DNA of 64,000 bases, from assembly GCA_965223415.1 (NCBI GenBank), contig OZ245002.1, forward strand, positions 640,001 to 704,000. Direction: 5' to 3'. A program made the translations under genes and the position numbers. The notes under the pieces are model-generated. The model made no database searches. It saw nothing but the letters and a program-made list of their open reading frames with translations, and was not told where the DNA came from. This DNA comes from Myxococcota bacterium. GTDB lineage: Bacteria; Myxococcota_A; UBA9160; UBA6930. This document shows, piece by piece, positions 26,088 through 36,363 of the stretch. Position 1 is the first letter of the stretch. Each line of letters begins with the position of its first letter.

Positions 26088-26849
26088 ATGAACCGCTTCC
26101 TGGCCCTGGCCTACGGCTCCGTCAGCTACCTGATCTTCTTCGGCACCTTCCTCTACGCGATCGGCTTCGTCGCGGGCGCCCCGCTCCCGACCACCCTCGA
26201 CGGCGGCGCGGGAGGCCCGGCCCTGGGCAGGGCCGTCGCGATCGACGCGCTCCTGCTGATGCTCTTCGCGATCCAGCACAGCGTGATGGCGCGGCCCGGG
26301 TTCAAGTGCTTCCTCACGCGCTTCGTTCCCGAGACGATCGAGCGCAGCACCTACGTGCTCGCCTCCAGCCTGGCGATGATCGCGCTCTTCGCCTTCTGGC
26401 AGCCGATGCCCCAGGTCGTGTGGCAGGTGAGCGATCCGATCCTGCGGGCGGCCCTGTGGATCCTGTTCGCGGGCGGCGTCGCCATGATCCTGCTCTCGAC
26501 CGCGTTGATCGACCACTTCGAGCTGTTCGGTCTCCGGCAGGTCGTCTCCCACTTCCGTGGCAAGCGGGCGGTGAGCAAGCGCTTCGTGACGCCGCTCTTC
26601 TACAAGCACATCCGCCACCCGCTCTACGTGGGCTGGTTCACCTTCTTCTGGGCGACGCCGGACATGAGCGTGGGGCACCTGCTGCTGGCGATCGGCACGA
26701 CCGCCTACACCCTCGTCGCCATCGTCTTCGAGGAACGGGACCTGGCGGACGCGCTGGGCCGGGAGTACGTGAGGTGGCGCGCCGAGACGCCTGCCTTCCT
26801 GCCCCGTCTCCGCCGTGCGGATCCCGCCCGGCCCACGGTGCGCGCATGA
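26088..26849 (+). CDS. mddA: Methanethiol S-methyltransferase (ICMT/NnrU-like family)
   Basis: YAIGFV, FAIQHSVMARPGFK, IERSTYVL, HFELFGLRQV, YKHIRHPLY, FWATPDMSVGHL, EERDL. Confidence 0.85.
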   Translation: MNRFLALAYGSVSYLIFFGTFLYAIGFVAGAPLPTTLDGGAGGPALGRAVAIDALLLMLFAIQHSVMARPGFKCFLTRFVPETIERSTYVLASSLAMIALFAFWQPMPQVVWQVSDPILRAALWILFAGGVAMILLSTALIDHFELFGLRQVVSHFRGKRAVSKRFVTPLFYKHIRHPLYVGWFTFFWATPDMSVGHLLLAIGTTAYTLVAIVFEERDLADALGREYVRWRAETPAFLPRLRRADPARPTVRA

Positions 26850-26901
26850 GCGTCGCCGCCCTGCCTTTCTCACCCTTCGCCCCGCCCCAAAGGAGTTCGA
26901 C

Positions 26902-27972
26902 ATGACGACCGCTCCCTTCGACCCGGCCCGCGCCGAGGCCTTCGCCGATCGCGTCACCGGGTGGATCAACGCCAGCGCCCTCGCCCTGATGGGCTCGATC
27001 GGCCATCGCACGGGGCTCTTCGACGTGATGGCGACCCTCGAGCCCGCCGACAGCCATACGATCGCCCGGGAAGCGGGCCTGGCCGAGCGCTACGTCCGCG
27101 AGTGGCTCGGAGCCATGGCCACCGGCGGCGTAGTGGACTACGACGCGGAGACCGGCACCTATCACCTCCCCCGGGAGCACGCGGCTTCGCTCACCCGAAG
27201 CGCCCGGCCGGCGAACGCGGCGGTGACCCTCCAGTGGATCCCCCTGCTCAGCTCGGTGGAGGACGACGTGGTGACCTGCTTCGAAGAGGGCGGCGGCGTT
27301 CCCTACGCCTCCTTCGACCGCTTCCACGCGGTGATGGCGGAGGAGAGCGATCAGACGGTGGTCGCCGCCCTGGTCGACCACATCCTCCCCCTGGCCCCCG
27401 GGCTCACCGAGCGCCTGGAGGCGGGCATCGACGTGCTCGACGTGGGCTGTGGCGCGGGGCGAGCCCTCGCCCTGCTGGCTCGCACCTACCCGCAGAGCCG
27501 CTTCATGGGCGTGGACTTCTCGGCCGAGGCCATCGCATCGGCCGAGCGGAGCGGCGCGGGCCTCGCCAACCTGCGCTTCGCCGTGCGCGACGCCGCCGAC
27601 CTGCCGGGCATCGAAGCCTTCGACCTGGTGACCGCCTTCGACGCGATCCACGACCAGATCCGGCCCGGGGCGGTGCTCGCCGCGATCGGGAAGGTGCTGC
27701 GTCCCGACGGCGTGTTCCTGATGCAGGAGATCGGGGGGTCGAGCCACGTGGATCGGGATTGCGAGCACCCGATCGCTCCCTTCCTCTACACCGTCTCCTG
27801 CATGCACTGCATGACCGTGTCGCTCTCGAACGGGGGCGAGGGACTCGGCGCGATGTGGGGGCGAGCGCTCGCCACCCGGATGCTCGCCGACGCGGGCTTC
27901 GGGCAGGTGGATGTGGAGGCCCTGCCCCACGATCCGATCAACCTCTACTACATCTGCCGCAAGCAGGCGTAG
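26902..27972 (+). CDS. SAM methyltransferase with N-terminal wHTH (Rv2258c-like)
   Basis: GHRTGLF, ERYVREWL, LDVGCGAG, FDAIHD, SCMHCMTVSL..GLGAMWG. Confidence 0.9.
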   Translation: MTTAPFDPARAEAFADRVTGWINASALALMGSIGHRTGLFDVMATLEPADSHTIAREAGLAERYVREWLGAMATGGVVDYDAETGTYHLPREHAASLTRSARPANAAVTLQWIPLLSSVEDDVVTCFEEGGGVPYASFDRFHAVMAEESDQTVVAALVDHILPLAPGLTERLEAGIDVLDVGCGAGRALALLARTYPQSRFMGVDFSAEAIASAERSGAGLANLRFAVRDAADLPGIEAFDLVTAFDAIHDQIRPGAVLAAIGKVLRPDGVFLMQEIGGSSHVDRDCEHPIAPFLYTVSCMHCMTVSLSNGGEGLGAMWGRALATRMLADAGFGQVDVEALPHDPINLYYICRKQA

Positions 27973-28023
27973 GGCCGCTGACCTAGGATCGGGGGGCGGC
28001 GCGGGAGCGCGCGGGAACGCCCC

Positions 28024-31000
28024 TTGATCTATCGCTTCGGCGCATACGAGCTGGACTCCGAGGCCGGCGAGCTGCGCAAGGCCGGCGCGCCCGTGTCGAT
28101 CCAGCCGAAGCCCCTCGAGCTGCTGTGCACCCTGATCGAGGCCCGCGACCGGATCGTCTCCCAGGACGAGCTCTTCGCGACGCTCTGGCCGGACGTGGCG
28201 GTCACGCCCAGCTCGCTGAACCGAGCGGTCTCCCACGCGCGACGGGCGATCGGCGACACGCACCGGGGCGAGGCGATCAAGAGCCACGCCCGGCGGGGCT
28301 ACCGCTTCTGCGCCGACGTGATCGAGGTCCACGAGCGGGAGCCCGCGGCGACAGTGAGTGCGGCCGGCGTGCCCGACCTCCCGCCCTTCGTCGGCCGGGA
28401 GCAGGCGCTCGGCCAGCTCAGCGACGCCTTCGACGCCGCCCTCGGTGGGTCGCCCCGGGTGGTGCTCCTGGAAGGCCGGGCGGGCGTCGGCAAGACCCGG
28501 CTCACCTCGGTGTTCGCGGACGAGGTGGGAGCGCGCGGTGCCTTCGTGCTCCGGGCCCAGGGCCGAGAGGGCGAGGACGTGCCGGCCTTCTGGATCTGGG
28601 CCCAGGTGCTGCGGATCCTGGCCGGCGAGGATTCGCTCCGCGATTCCCTGGAGGCGCTCGCCCGTCACTCGGCGGAGTTGGGGGCGCTGGTCCCGGAGCT
28701 CGGCGTCGACCCGCCTTCGGACGAGCGGCCCCTCTCGGGCGAGCACGGTCGCTTCCTGTTCTTCGACGCGGTCACCCGCGCGCTCGCGAACCTGGCCGCC
28801 TCGCGACCGACCCTGCTCCTCCTGGAAGATCTGCACTGGGCCGAGTCCGGCTCGCTCCGCCTGCTGGAGCACCTGGTCGAGAGCCTCGGGGACGCGCCGC
28901 TCTGCCTGGTCGTGACGGTGCGGGACGAGCCGCGCAGCGACCGAGACCCGATCGCGCGCACCCTGTCGGTGCTGCGCCGGCTGGACCGCTGCCGCCCGGT
29001 CAAGCTCGGCGGGCTCACTCGCGCCCAGGTGGGCGAGCTGCTCTCCCGGGTCCTCGGCGCACGGCCGCCGGCGGACCTCACATCGGAGCTCTTTGCCCGG
29101 ACGGAAGGAGTGCCCCTCTACCTGCGCGAGGCCGTTCGCCTGCTCAAGGACCGGGGCGCGCTCGACCGGCCGGACGAGATCCGGGCGGGCGACCTGGCGC
29201 TTCCGGCCGAGAGCCTCGGACTGATCGCTCGCGCCTTCGAGGGGCTCTCGCCGGCGGCCTCGGAGCTGATGGGCGCCGCCGCGGTGATCGGCAGGGAGTT
29301 CGGCCTCGCCGCCCTGGCCGAGACGGCGAACCGGGAACGCGCCGACGTGCTCGACCTGCTCGACGAGACGATCGACGCGGGCGTCGTGGAGGAGGATCCG
29401 GACGCCACCGCCGCCTTCCGCTTCAGCCACGCGCTGTTCCGGGAGGCCGCCTACGATCGGCTCCCGACGGGGAAACGCGCGCGCCTGCACCTGCGCACCG
29501 CGGAACGTCTCGAGCGACGTCACGCCGAGGATCCGGACTCCGTGATCGAGGCGCTCGCCCATCATCATCACCGCAGCCTGGCCGTCGGCGATCCGGAGCG
29601 GGCGTGGGAGTGCGCCACGGGCGCGGGTGCCCACGCGACCCAGCTGCTCGCCTGGGAGCAGGCCGCCCTCCACTACACCTGGGCGGACGAGGTGCTCGAG
29701 CACCTGGAGGAGACCGCTTCGGACCGGCGCTTCGAGACCTGGCTGCGGTTGGGAGAGGCCACCCTGGCGTCCGGGGATCGCCGCGCCCGCCACCAGATCC
29801 TGAAGCGGGCGATGGAGGTGGCGGGCCGGAACGACCGCAACGCGTTCTTCGCCCAGGCGGCGATCCTGTTCTGCGACACGTCCGAGTGGGCGATGCCCGA
29901 CCCGACCGCCGAGGCCTTCGTCGACGAGGCGCTCGAACGCCTGGGCCCGGAGCCGACCGCCGCTCGCGCCCGACTCCTCACCCGCCAGGTCTACCGCTAC
30001 GTCCGACGGAATCGGGCCAGGGCCGAGCCCCTCGCCCGGGAGGCCGCCGCCCTGGCGCGGAAGACCGGGGAGCCCCGGGCCATCCAGGAGGCGCTCTACG
30101 TGCTGTGCTTCTCAATCGCCGGCCCCGACGACCTGGAGGAGCGAGCCGCCCTCACCCGGGAGATGGTCGAGGCGGCGGCCGGCGCCGAGCTCGAGGCCGA
30201 GACCGTGATCGCGACCATCGACATCGCGAGCGACGCGATCACCCGCGGCGACGCGGAGGACGCCCGGCAGTGGCGCGCGGAGGCGGAGCGACTCAGCGGC
30301 GTCGCGCCCCCTCCCCTCCTCGGCTGGCATCTCGGCGTCTACGACACGGGCCTCGCGCTGCTCGAAGGCCGCGTGGCCGAGGTGCCCGAGCGTTCCGAGG
30401 CCGCGCTCTCGCTGGGCGTGCGCGTCGGACATCCGTACGCGAGGGGCTGCCACAACGCGCTCCTCGCCGTCCTCGCCTGGGAGCAGGGGCGCTTCGCCGA
30501 GGTCCTGGACCGCCTGCTCCCCTTCCTCGGTCAGCCGGAGGCCCCTCTCCATTGGGTGGGGGCCATGGCGGCCCGTGCAGCCTGGCGAGCGGGCCAACAG
30601 GAGCAGGCCCGCAGCCTGCTGGAGGGAGCCCTCGACGCCGGGGTCGGCGGTGTCCCCCGCGGCATCCGCTGGACCCGCTCCGTCGTCGAGCTCGCCCACG
30701 CTTTGGCGGACGTGGGCCGGGACGAACCGGCGGACGAGCTGCTCGCTCTCCTCGAGGCGCGCAACGAGCAGCACGGGGTGCTGCCGGTTCCCATCTGCTA
30801 CGGCGGACCGGTGCGCTACGCCCAGGCCCGGCTGTGCGATCGGCTCGGGCGCGCCGACGAGGCGGAGGACCACTTCGCCGACGCGCTGCGGGATGCGCGG
30901 CAGCTCGGGGCCCATCCGTTCGTCGCCCGGATCCTCGCCGACCAGGCCCGCCACCTCGAGCGCCGGGGAAGGGGCGGGGCGGCGCGCGAAGCCGAGGCGG

Positions 31001-31047
31001 CCGCGCAGGCCCTGTTCGACGAGCTCGGAGTCGCCCGCTTCCCGTAA
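28024..31047 (+). CDS. OmpR-type wHTH + STAND/AAA ATPase + helical repeat transcription regulator
   Basis: YRFG..RRGYRF, FVGRE, GRAGVGKT, LEDLHWA, TEGVPLY, FSHALFR. Confidence 0.9.
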   Translation: MIYRFGAYELDSEAGELRKAGAPVSIQPKPLELLCTLIEARDRIVSQDELFATLWPDVAVTPSSLNRAVSHARRAIGDTHRGEAIKSHARRGYRFCADVIEVHEREPAATVSAAGVPDLPPFVGREQALGQLSDAFDAALGGSPRVVLLEGRAGVGKTRLTSVFADEVGARGAFVLRAQGREGEDVPAFWIWAQVLRILAGEDSLRDSLEALARHSAELGALVPELGVDPPSDERPLSGEHGRFLFFDAVTRALANLAASRPTLLLLEDLHWAESGSLRLLEHLVESLGDAPLCLVVTVRDEPRSDRDPIARTLSVLRRLDRCRPVKLGGLTRAQVGELLSRVLGARPPADLTSELFARTEGVPLYLREAVRLLKDRGALDRPDEIRAGDLALPAESLGLIARAFEGLSPAASELMGAAAVIGREFGLAALAETANRERADVLDLLDETIDAGVVEEDPDATAAFRFSHALFREAAYDRLPTGKRARLHLRTAERLERRHAEDPDSVIEALAHHHHRSLAVGDPERAWECATGAGAHATQLLAWEQAALHYTWADEVLEHLEETASDRRFETWLRLGEATLASGDRRARHQILKRAMEVAGRNDRNAFFAQAAILFCDTSEWAMPDPTAEAFVDEALERLGPEPTAARARLLTRQVYRYVRRNRARAEPLAREAAALARKTGEPRAIQEALYVLCFSIAGPDDLEERAALTREMVEAAAGAELEAETVIATIDIASDAITRGDAEDARQWRAEAERLSGVAPPPLLGWHLGVYDTGLALLEGRVAEVPERSEAALSLGVRVGHPYARGCHNALLAVLAWEQGRFAEVLDRLLPFLGQPEAPLHWVGAMAARAAWRAGQQEQARSLLEGALDAGVGGVPRGIRWTRSVVELAHALADVGRDEPADELLALLEARNEQHGVLPVPICYGGPVRYAQARLCDRLGRADEAEDHFADALRDARQLGAHPFVARILADQARHLERRGRGGAAREAEAAAQALFDELGVARFP

Positions 31048-31187
31048 GCACGCCTTCCTGGGACGTTCTGCCTCCCGGGGTGTGGCAGGGCGTCCATCCG
31101 TCCGTGCCGAAGCGCCCGGAGGCCGCTCTTCCAGCGCCGGCACGGGGCTTGCGTCCCCACGTGCTCACCCAGGGAGGGACTCGAGAG

Positions 31188-31901
31188 ATGGCCCGACGCA
31201 ATCGTGTGCATCCCCTGAACGCCATGCGCGCCATGCGCGATCTCCGCGCCGATCCGGACGACACGGCGGCTGCGATCCGGGTGATCGCCGCCCTCGCGGG
31301 AAGCTCCGGGAAGCGGGCCTTCCGGCGCTTCCGGCGCTCCCCTCGCGGCGCCCAGATCCTCCGGGCGCAGCAGGATCTCTACGGCGTGCTCACGGACACG
31401 GAGCGATTGAAGGCGATGCCCTCCAGCTCCCTCGGACGGACGATCATCGACTGGTTCGAGCACGAGAACATCAGCACGGAAGGGCTGGCGAAGGCCAGTG
31501 TCGCCGCGCGGGGCGGCACGGACCCGGACGTCAGTGCGGACGAGCAGACCTACGGCTCGCGCATGCGCAACCTCCACGACGTGTTCCACGTCCTGACCGG
31601 ATACGATCGCGACCTGCGGGGCGAAGCGGCGGTGCTCGCCTTCACGATCGGCCAGGCCTACAACCGGGGTATCGCCTACCTCGTGTGGAACGCGATGCGC
31701 GCCGAGGGCTGGAGCTCGCCGGGCGGCCGGCTGATCCGCGACGGCTACCGGCGCGGGAGGCGCGCGGAGCGCCTGGTGGAGCAGGACTGGGAGGCCCTCT
31801 TCGAGCGACCGATCGACGAGGTGAGGGAGGAGCTGGGCGTCGGACCGCCCCCGGTCTACGAGCAGCTCCGCTCGGCCAGGGCTCCTGCACTGAGCGCCTG
31901 A
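31188..31901 (+). CDS. Coq4-like protein
   Basis: DPDDT, SLGR, HDVFHVLTGYDRDLRGE, DWEAL. Confidence 0.85.
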   Translation: MARRNRVHPLNAMRAMRDLRADPDDTAAAIRVIAALAGSSGKRAFRRFRRSPRGAQILRAQQDLYGVLTDTERLKAMPSSSLGRTIIDWFEHENISTEGLAKASVAARGGTDPDVSADEQTYGSRMRNLHDVFHVLTGYDRDLRGEAAVLAFTIGQAYNRGIAYLVWNAMRAEGWSSPGGRLIRDGYRRGRRAERLVEQDWEALFERPIDEVREELGVGPPPVYEQLRSARAPALSA

Positions 31902-31944
31902 CGATCCAGGCCGCGGCGGCGGGACCTGCACACGATCCGACGAC

Positions 31945-33561
31945 CTAACGATCGATGAGATCATCCTCGTAGCGGAGGGCGCTGCGCAGGAAGAGCGCGT
32001 CGGTGCGAATGAAGGTCTCCGAAGCCGGCCAGCTCTCCGTGTCGTAGAGCAGGCCCCGCTGCGGGAGGGCGACGAAGCCGTTGACGGCACTCAGGGCGCC
32101 CGGGGTCCCGAGGAGACCCTTCCACCACCACTTCGTCCAGGGCCGCACGTGGCGACCGGGCCCGTTCACGATCATCGAGGCCGCCACGATGGAAGGCTCG
32201 TCCGGCGCCGCCGACGGCGCGGCGACAGCGGCTGCCGCGAGCCCGGGGTTCACGCCGGTCACCCACTGCAGCCCGGCGGAGGCCAGGCCCTCCATCTCCC
32301 GTTCGCCGGTGATCTCGTCCAGCAGCAGGGCATCCAGGGAGGTCGTCAGGAAGTGGGCGTTCGCGAAGAAGGCGTGCTCCACCCGAGAGACCGGGGGCCC
32401 GCTCGCATCCGCCCACTCTGCTTCCCCGAGCGGCGGAACCACGCCGTAGGCGTTCCGGGAGGCCACTTCCCGGAGTGCTCGGCTCCAGGCGCGCGCGCGG
32501 GCCTGCCAGCGCTCGCGCCGCTTCGCATCGACGCGGGGAGCCAGGAGCGCCAGGCCTTCAAACCAGGGGACGCCGCGCAGGGGATGGCGGAAGCGCGTCT
32601 GCGGGTCGAAGCTGGCGACCAGCATCTCGGCGTGGCGCACGGCCGCCTCCAGGTCGTCGGGCCTCCCGCTGGAGGCGTACAGCCGCGCCCAGGCCGCCGC
32701 GCCCAGCTCGGGGTACACCTCGCCGCTGCTCTCGAGGAAGCGCAGGGAGGTGCGCGCCCGGCGCTCGATCTCGGCGCTGCGCGCCGGGTCTGCGGCGGAG
32801 CCGAGGGCCAGGTACTGCACGAGCCCGTAGACCCCCTCCTGGGTGTTGAAGGCGCCGGGGTTCCCGCCCGGCCGGGAGGCGTGCTGGTTGGCGATCTCGC
32901 CGGTCGCCCCGTCGTGCAGGGCGAGGACGTAGTCGATGGCGCGGTGGATCTCGTCGTGCAGCCGGATGCGCTCGGGCGAAGCGAGCCCCTCGCCGCGTCG
33001 CCGCTCGAGCTCGACGAGGCCCGCGGCGAACATCGCGTGGGAGTAGGCCTCGCCCATCTGCGAGTTGCAGTCGAAGTAGCCGGCCCCCATCGCCTCCGGC
33101 GCGTGGCGCAGCTCCGCGTTGTGCAGGGACAGGCCAAGCGCCATGCGGCGAGTGAAGAGCGCCCGCTCCACCGGAAAGGGCAGACTGGTCAGCTCGACCG
33201 CCTTCGGTGGATTCCCTCCCGCGACCAGCCTCACCCGCAGGCGGAGGCCAGCCCCCTTGCCGACGCCGGAGAAATCGACCTCCCAGAGCGGGGAGCCGAA
33301 CGCCTCCCCTCGCGCCCGCAACTTTCCGGCGTCCAACACGTTCCCGTATGCGTCGAGGACGCTCCACTCCGAGCGGGTCGGCTCGGGGACGGCGTCGCCC
33401 AGGGCCCGCACGAGCGCGCGCTTCGTGCCTCCCGCCTCGTAGCCGACGGTGCTGTACAGGAGCGCGAAGGACGGATCCGCCGCATCCCGTGGTGCCGTGC
33501 AGCCGGCCGCCACGCAGAGCGCTACGGCCGTGGCGAAGAGCGCCACCTCGCCCTTCGCCAC
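31945..33561 (-). CDS. Lipoprotein with cellulase N-terminal Ig-like and divergent GH9-like domain
   Basis: AAGC lipobox, VGYEAGGTKRA, VDFS, GAGYFD, WVTGVNP, WPASETFI. Confidence 0.65.
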   Translation of the reverse strand: MAKGEVALFATAVALCVAAGCTAPRDAADPSFALLYSTVGYEAGGTKRALVRALGDAVPEPTRSEWSVLDAYGNVLDAGKLRARGEAFGSPLWEVDFSGVGKGAGLRLRVRLVAGGNPPKAVELTSLPFPVERALFTRRMALGLSLHNAELRHAPEAMGAGYFDCNSQMGEAYSHAMFAAGLVELERRRGEGLASPERIRLHDEIHRAIDYVLALHDGATGEIANQHASRPGGNPGAFNTQEGVYGLVQYLALGSAADPARSAEIERRARTSLRFLESSGEVYPELGAAAWARLYASSGRPDDLEAAVRHAEMLVASFDPQTRFRHPLRGVPWFEGLALLAPRVDAKRRERWQARARAWSRALREVASRNAYGVVPPLGEAEWADASGPPVSRVEHAFFANAHFLTTSLDALLLDEITGEREMEGLASAGLQWVTGVNPGLAAAAVAAPSAAPDEPSIVAASMIVNGPGRHVRPWTKWWWKGLLGTPGALSAVNGFVALPQRGLLYDTESWPASETFIRTDALFLRSALRYEDDLIDR

Positions 33562-34754
33562 TAGGGCGCCGCCGCCTCCGCCTCGACCGCGGCCATCACC
33601 CGCAGCAGGTTCTCCCCCAGCACCTTGCGCACCGTCTCGGGTGTGTGGCCGCGCTCGAGCAGCCCTCGCGTCAGGTTCGGGAGCTGGCTCACGTCGCCCA
33701 TGTCGTGGGGCATGCTGGCGACGCCGTCCCAGTCGGCGCCGAGGCCGACGTGATCGGGGCCGGCGATGCGGATGGCGTGGTCGAAGTGGTCGAGGAGCAC
33801 GGCGAGGCTCGTGCGGGGGATCTCCTCTCTCGCCATGCGCGCGCGGAAGGCCCGCCGCCCGGCCTGGGGGTCGGCGGCGTACTGCTCGCGAAGAGCCATC
33901 AGCTCCGGACCGATGCGGGTGAAGAGCGAGCGGATCGGCTCGACCAGCGAGGTGTCGATGTAGCCGGAGTAGAAGTTGATCATCGCGACGCCTCCGTTCG
34001 CGGCCAGGGCGCGGAGCATGTCGTCGTCGAGATTGCGGGGATGGTCGGCCACGGCCCGCGCCGAGGAGTGGGAGGCGATCACCGGCGCCTTCGTCACGCG
34101 CAGGACGTCGCGGAAGGTCTCGTCGGAGACGTGGCTCACGTCGACCATCATGCCGAGGCGGTTCATCTCCGCGACGATCTCCTCGCCGAAGGGGGTGAGG
34201 CCGCCGTGCACGGGCTCGGGCACCTCGTTGGTGCCGGAAGAGTCGGCCCAGCTCGTGTGGAACGAGTGAGTGAGCGTCATGTAGCGGACGCCCAGGCGGT
34301 GGAAGGTGCGAAGGGCGGGGAGGCTGTCCTCGATGATGTGGCCTCCCTCGACGCCCATCAGGCAGGCGAGCTTCCCCTGGCCGACGATGCGGCGCACCTC
34401 GGTCACCGTGGTGGCGAGCGCCAGATCGTCCGGGTGCGCCGCCACGAGCTGGTGCACCGCGTCGATGCGCTCCACCGCCTCGCGGATCGCGGCGCCCTTG
34501 CCTTCCGTCTTGCCCAGGTAGATCGACCAGAACTGCACGTCGAGGCCGCCCTCGCGCATGCGCGGCAGATCCTGGTGGCCCTCGTCGTGCCGCTCGTCGA
34601 AGCGCCAGGTGGCGTCCTGGAACCAGGGCGTCGTGTCCGAATGCGTGTCGACGACGATGGACCCGAAGTGGAGCTCGAGGGCGGGATCGGCCTGCGGCGT
34701 CGGTGCTGCACAGGCGAGGGCGAAGAGGGGAAACGCGAAGAGGAGACGGCCCAT
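33561..34754 (-). CDS. Membrane dipeptidase (peptidase M19), lipoprotein
   Basis: DTHSD, VEGG, MTLTH, EMNRLGMMVDVSH, ASHS, GADWDG. Confidence 0.95.
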   Translation of the reverse strand: MGRLLFAFPLFALACAAPTPQADPALELHFGSIVVDTHSDTTPWFQDATWRFDERHDEGHQDLPRMREGGLDVQFWSIYLGKTEGKGAAIREAVERIDAVHQLVAAHPDDLALATTVTEVRRIVGQGKLACLMGVEGGHIIEDSLPALRTFHRLGVRYMTLTHSFHTSWADSSGTNEVPEPVHGGLTPFGEEIVAEMNRLGMMVDVSHVSDETFRDVLRVTKAPVIASHSSARAVADHPRNLDDDMLRALAANGGVAMINFYSGYIDTSLVEPIRSLFTRIGPELMALREQYAADPQAGRRAFRARMAREEIPRTSLAVLLDHFDHAIRIAGPDHVGLGADWDGVASMPHDMGDVSQLPNLTRGLLERGHTPETVRKVLGENLLRVMAAVEAEAAAP

Positions 34755-34765
34755 GGCCGTCCACT

Positions 34766-35341
34766 CTATCGCAGTCGTTCCCGCCACACGTGCCAGAGGG
34801 ACTTCACGTCCTGCTCCGGCGCGGCGAGCACGGCCGTGATGGCGATCTCCTCGAGCAGCGCCAGCACCGCGATCGCCGCCGCGACCCGGAAGGGCCAGAA
34901 GGGACCGCCGGCCCAGACGAGGAGCAGCGCCAGGCCCATCAGGTTCGCCGAAAGCTTCGCGCCCCAGGTGTGGTAGCTGGTCAGCGCACGGAACTTGAGC
35001 CAGCCCGCCGCGATCGGCAGGACGAAAGCGATCGCCAGCAGCAGCACCCAGGAGAGCTCCCCCAGCACGAAGTCCGGACGCAGCCACCAGGTGCAGAGCG
35101 GCAGCGACAGCCACAGGGCCAGATCCGCGCGACTGTCGAGGACGCAGCCGGCGGCGCTCTCCTCGTGGGTGGCGCGAGCGATCCAGCCGTCGAGCACGTC
35201 GCTGGCGAGGGCGACGGTGACGAGGGCCAGGAAGAGCGGCGCCTCGCCGAGCCAGGCGACCCACAAGAGTGTCGGCACGAGGGCCAGGCGCAGGGCCGAG
35301 AGGGCGTTGGGGAGGTTCCAGCGGAAGTCGGTGCGCGTCAT
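34766..35341 (-). CDS. CDP-alcohol phosphatidyltransferase
   Basis: NLPNALSALR, DVLDGWIAR..G..LDSRAD. Confidence 0.9.
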   Translation of the reverse strand: MTRTDFRWNLPNALSALRLALVPTLLWVAWLGEAPLFLALVTVALASDVLDGWIARATHEESAAGCVLDSRADLALWLSLPLCTWWLRPDFVLGELSWVLLLAIAFVLPIAAGWLKFRALTSYHTWGAKLSANLMGLALLLVWAGGPFWPFRVAAAIAVLALLEEIAITAVLAAPEQDVKSLWHVWRERLR

Positions 35342-35466
35342 GCCCGGAAGGAGAGCAAGCGCCGTGCCGCGGGGACGGCTGGACACGACCCGAGCGATTC
35401 CGGCCGGTTACGGCCCGACGGGACCCGCGGGGAGGGGCACCGGATGCACAGGGGCGGCGCGGGGGG

Positions 35467-36363
35467 TCAGTCGTCGCTGCGGTAGCGCTCCTCTGCCGCG
35501 ACGTAGTCCGAGAAGCCCACCAGCTCCCGCAGGGCAGCGAAGGAGAGCCGGGCGCCGTCGGACGGATGTCCCCCGGCGGCCATCGCGGCGAGGGCGTCGC
35601 CGATCGCCTTCGACGCCACCTCGAGGAGGGTCAATGGATAGGCCGCGATCTTGAAGCCCAGGGCATCGAGCTCCGCGTGGGAGAGGAGCGGGGTGTCGCC
35701 GTCCTCGACCTGGTTCGCCATGAGCGGGGTGCCCGCGAGTTCGCGGGCGATGCGTTCGAGCTCGGCGGCGCTGGTCGGCGCTTCGACGAAGAGCAGGTCG
35801 GCGCCCGCGTCGCGGAAGGCCTTCGCCCGGGCGAGCGCCTCGTCGAGACCGCGGGTGGCGCGGGCGTCGGTGCGCGCCATCAGCAGGAGGTCGAGGCCCC
35901 CCTCGTCGCGCGCGTCCACCGCGGCGTGGATGCGCGCGAGTGCCTCGCCGCGCTCGACCACCTCCTTGCCGCGGGTGTGGCCGCAGCGCTTCGGCGCCAG
36001 CTGGTCCTCGAGCATCGCGCAGGCGAAACCCGCCTGGGCGTAGCCGCGCACCGTGCGCTGCACGTTGAGGGGGTTGCCGTAGCCCGTGTCCGCGTCGCCG
36101 ATCACCGGGATGTCGACCGCCGCGCACAGGCCCTGGCCCTGGTCGAGCATCTCGGCGTAGGAGATGAGCTGGGTATCCGGGAGGCCGAGCCGGGCCGCCG
36201 AGACGGCGAAGCCGCTCATGAAGGTGAGCCCGAAGCCGGCGCGCTCGATGAGCCGCGCCGACCAGGCGTCCCAGCAGCAGGGCATCACCCGCAGCCCGGG
36301 CTTCGCGAGCTGCTCGCGGAGACGCGCCGCGGGCGTTGCACCGGCGGAATCAGGCGAAGGCAG
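35467..36363 (-). CDS. Isocitrate lyase/PEP mutase family (start uncertain, CTG proposed)
   Basis: GLPD, DADTGYG, LEDQ..KRCGH, ARTDA, FVEA. Confidence 0.85.
   Translation of the reverse strand: MPSPDSAGATPAARLREQLAKPGLRVMPCCWDAWSARLIERAGFGLTFMSGFAVSAARLGLPDTQLISYAEMLDQGQGLCAAVDIPVIGDADTGYGNPLNVQRTVRGYAQAGFACAMLEDQLAPKRCGHTRGKEVVERGEALARIHAAVDARDEGGLDLLLMARTDARATRGLDEALARAKAFRDAGADLLFVEAPTSAAELERIARELAGTPLMANQVEDGDTPLLSHAELDALGFKIAAYPLTLLEVASKAIGDALAAMAAGGHPSDGARLSFAALRELVGFSDYVAAEERYRSDD

Noticed and set aside
28024..31047. Avs-type anti-phage STAND defence protein
   Set aside because: N-terminus is an OmpR-type DNA-binding domain, not a nuclease/TIR/SIR2 effector; context is metabolic
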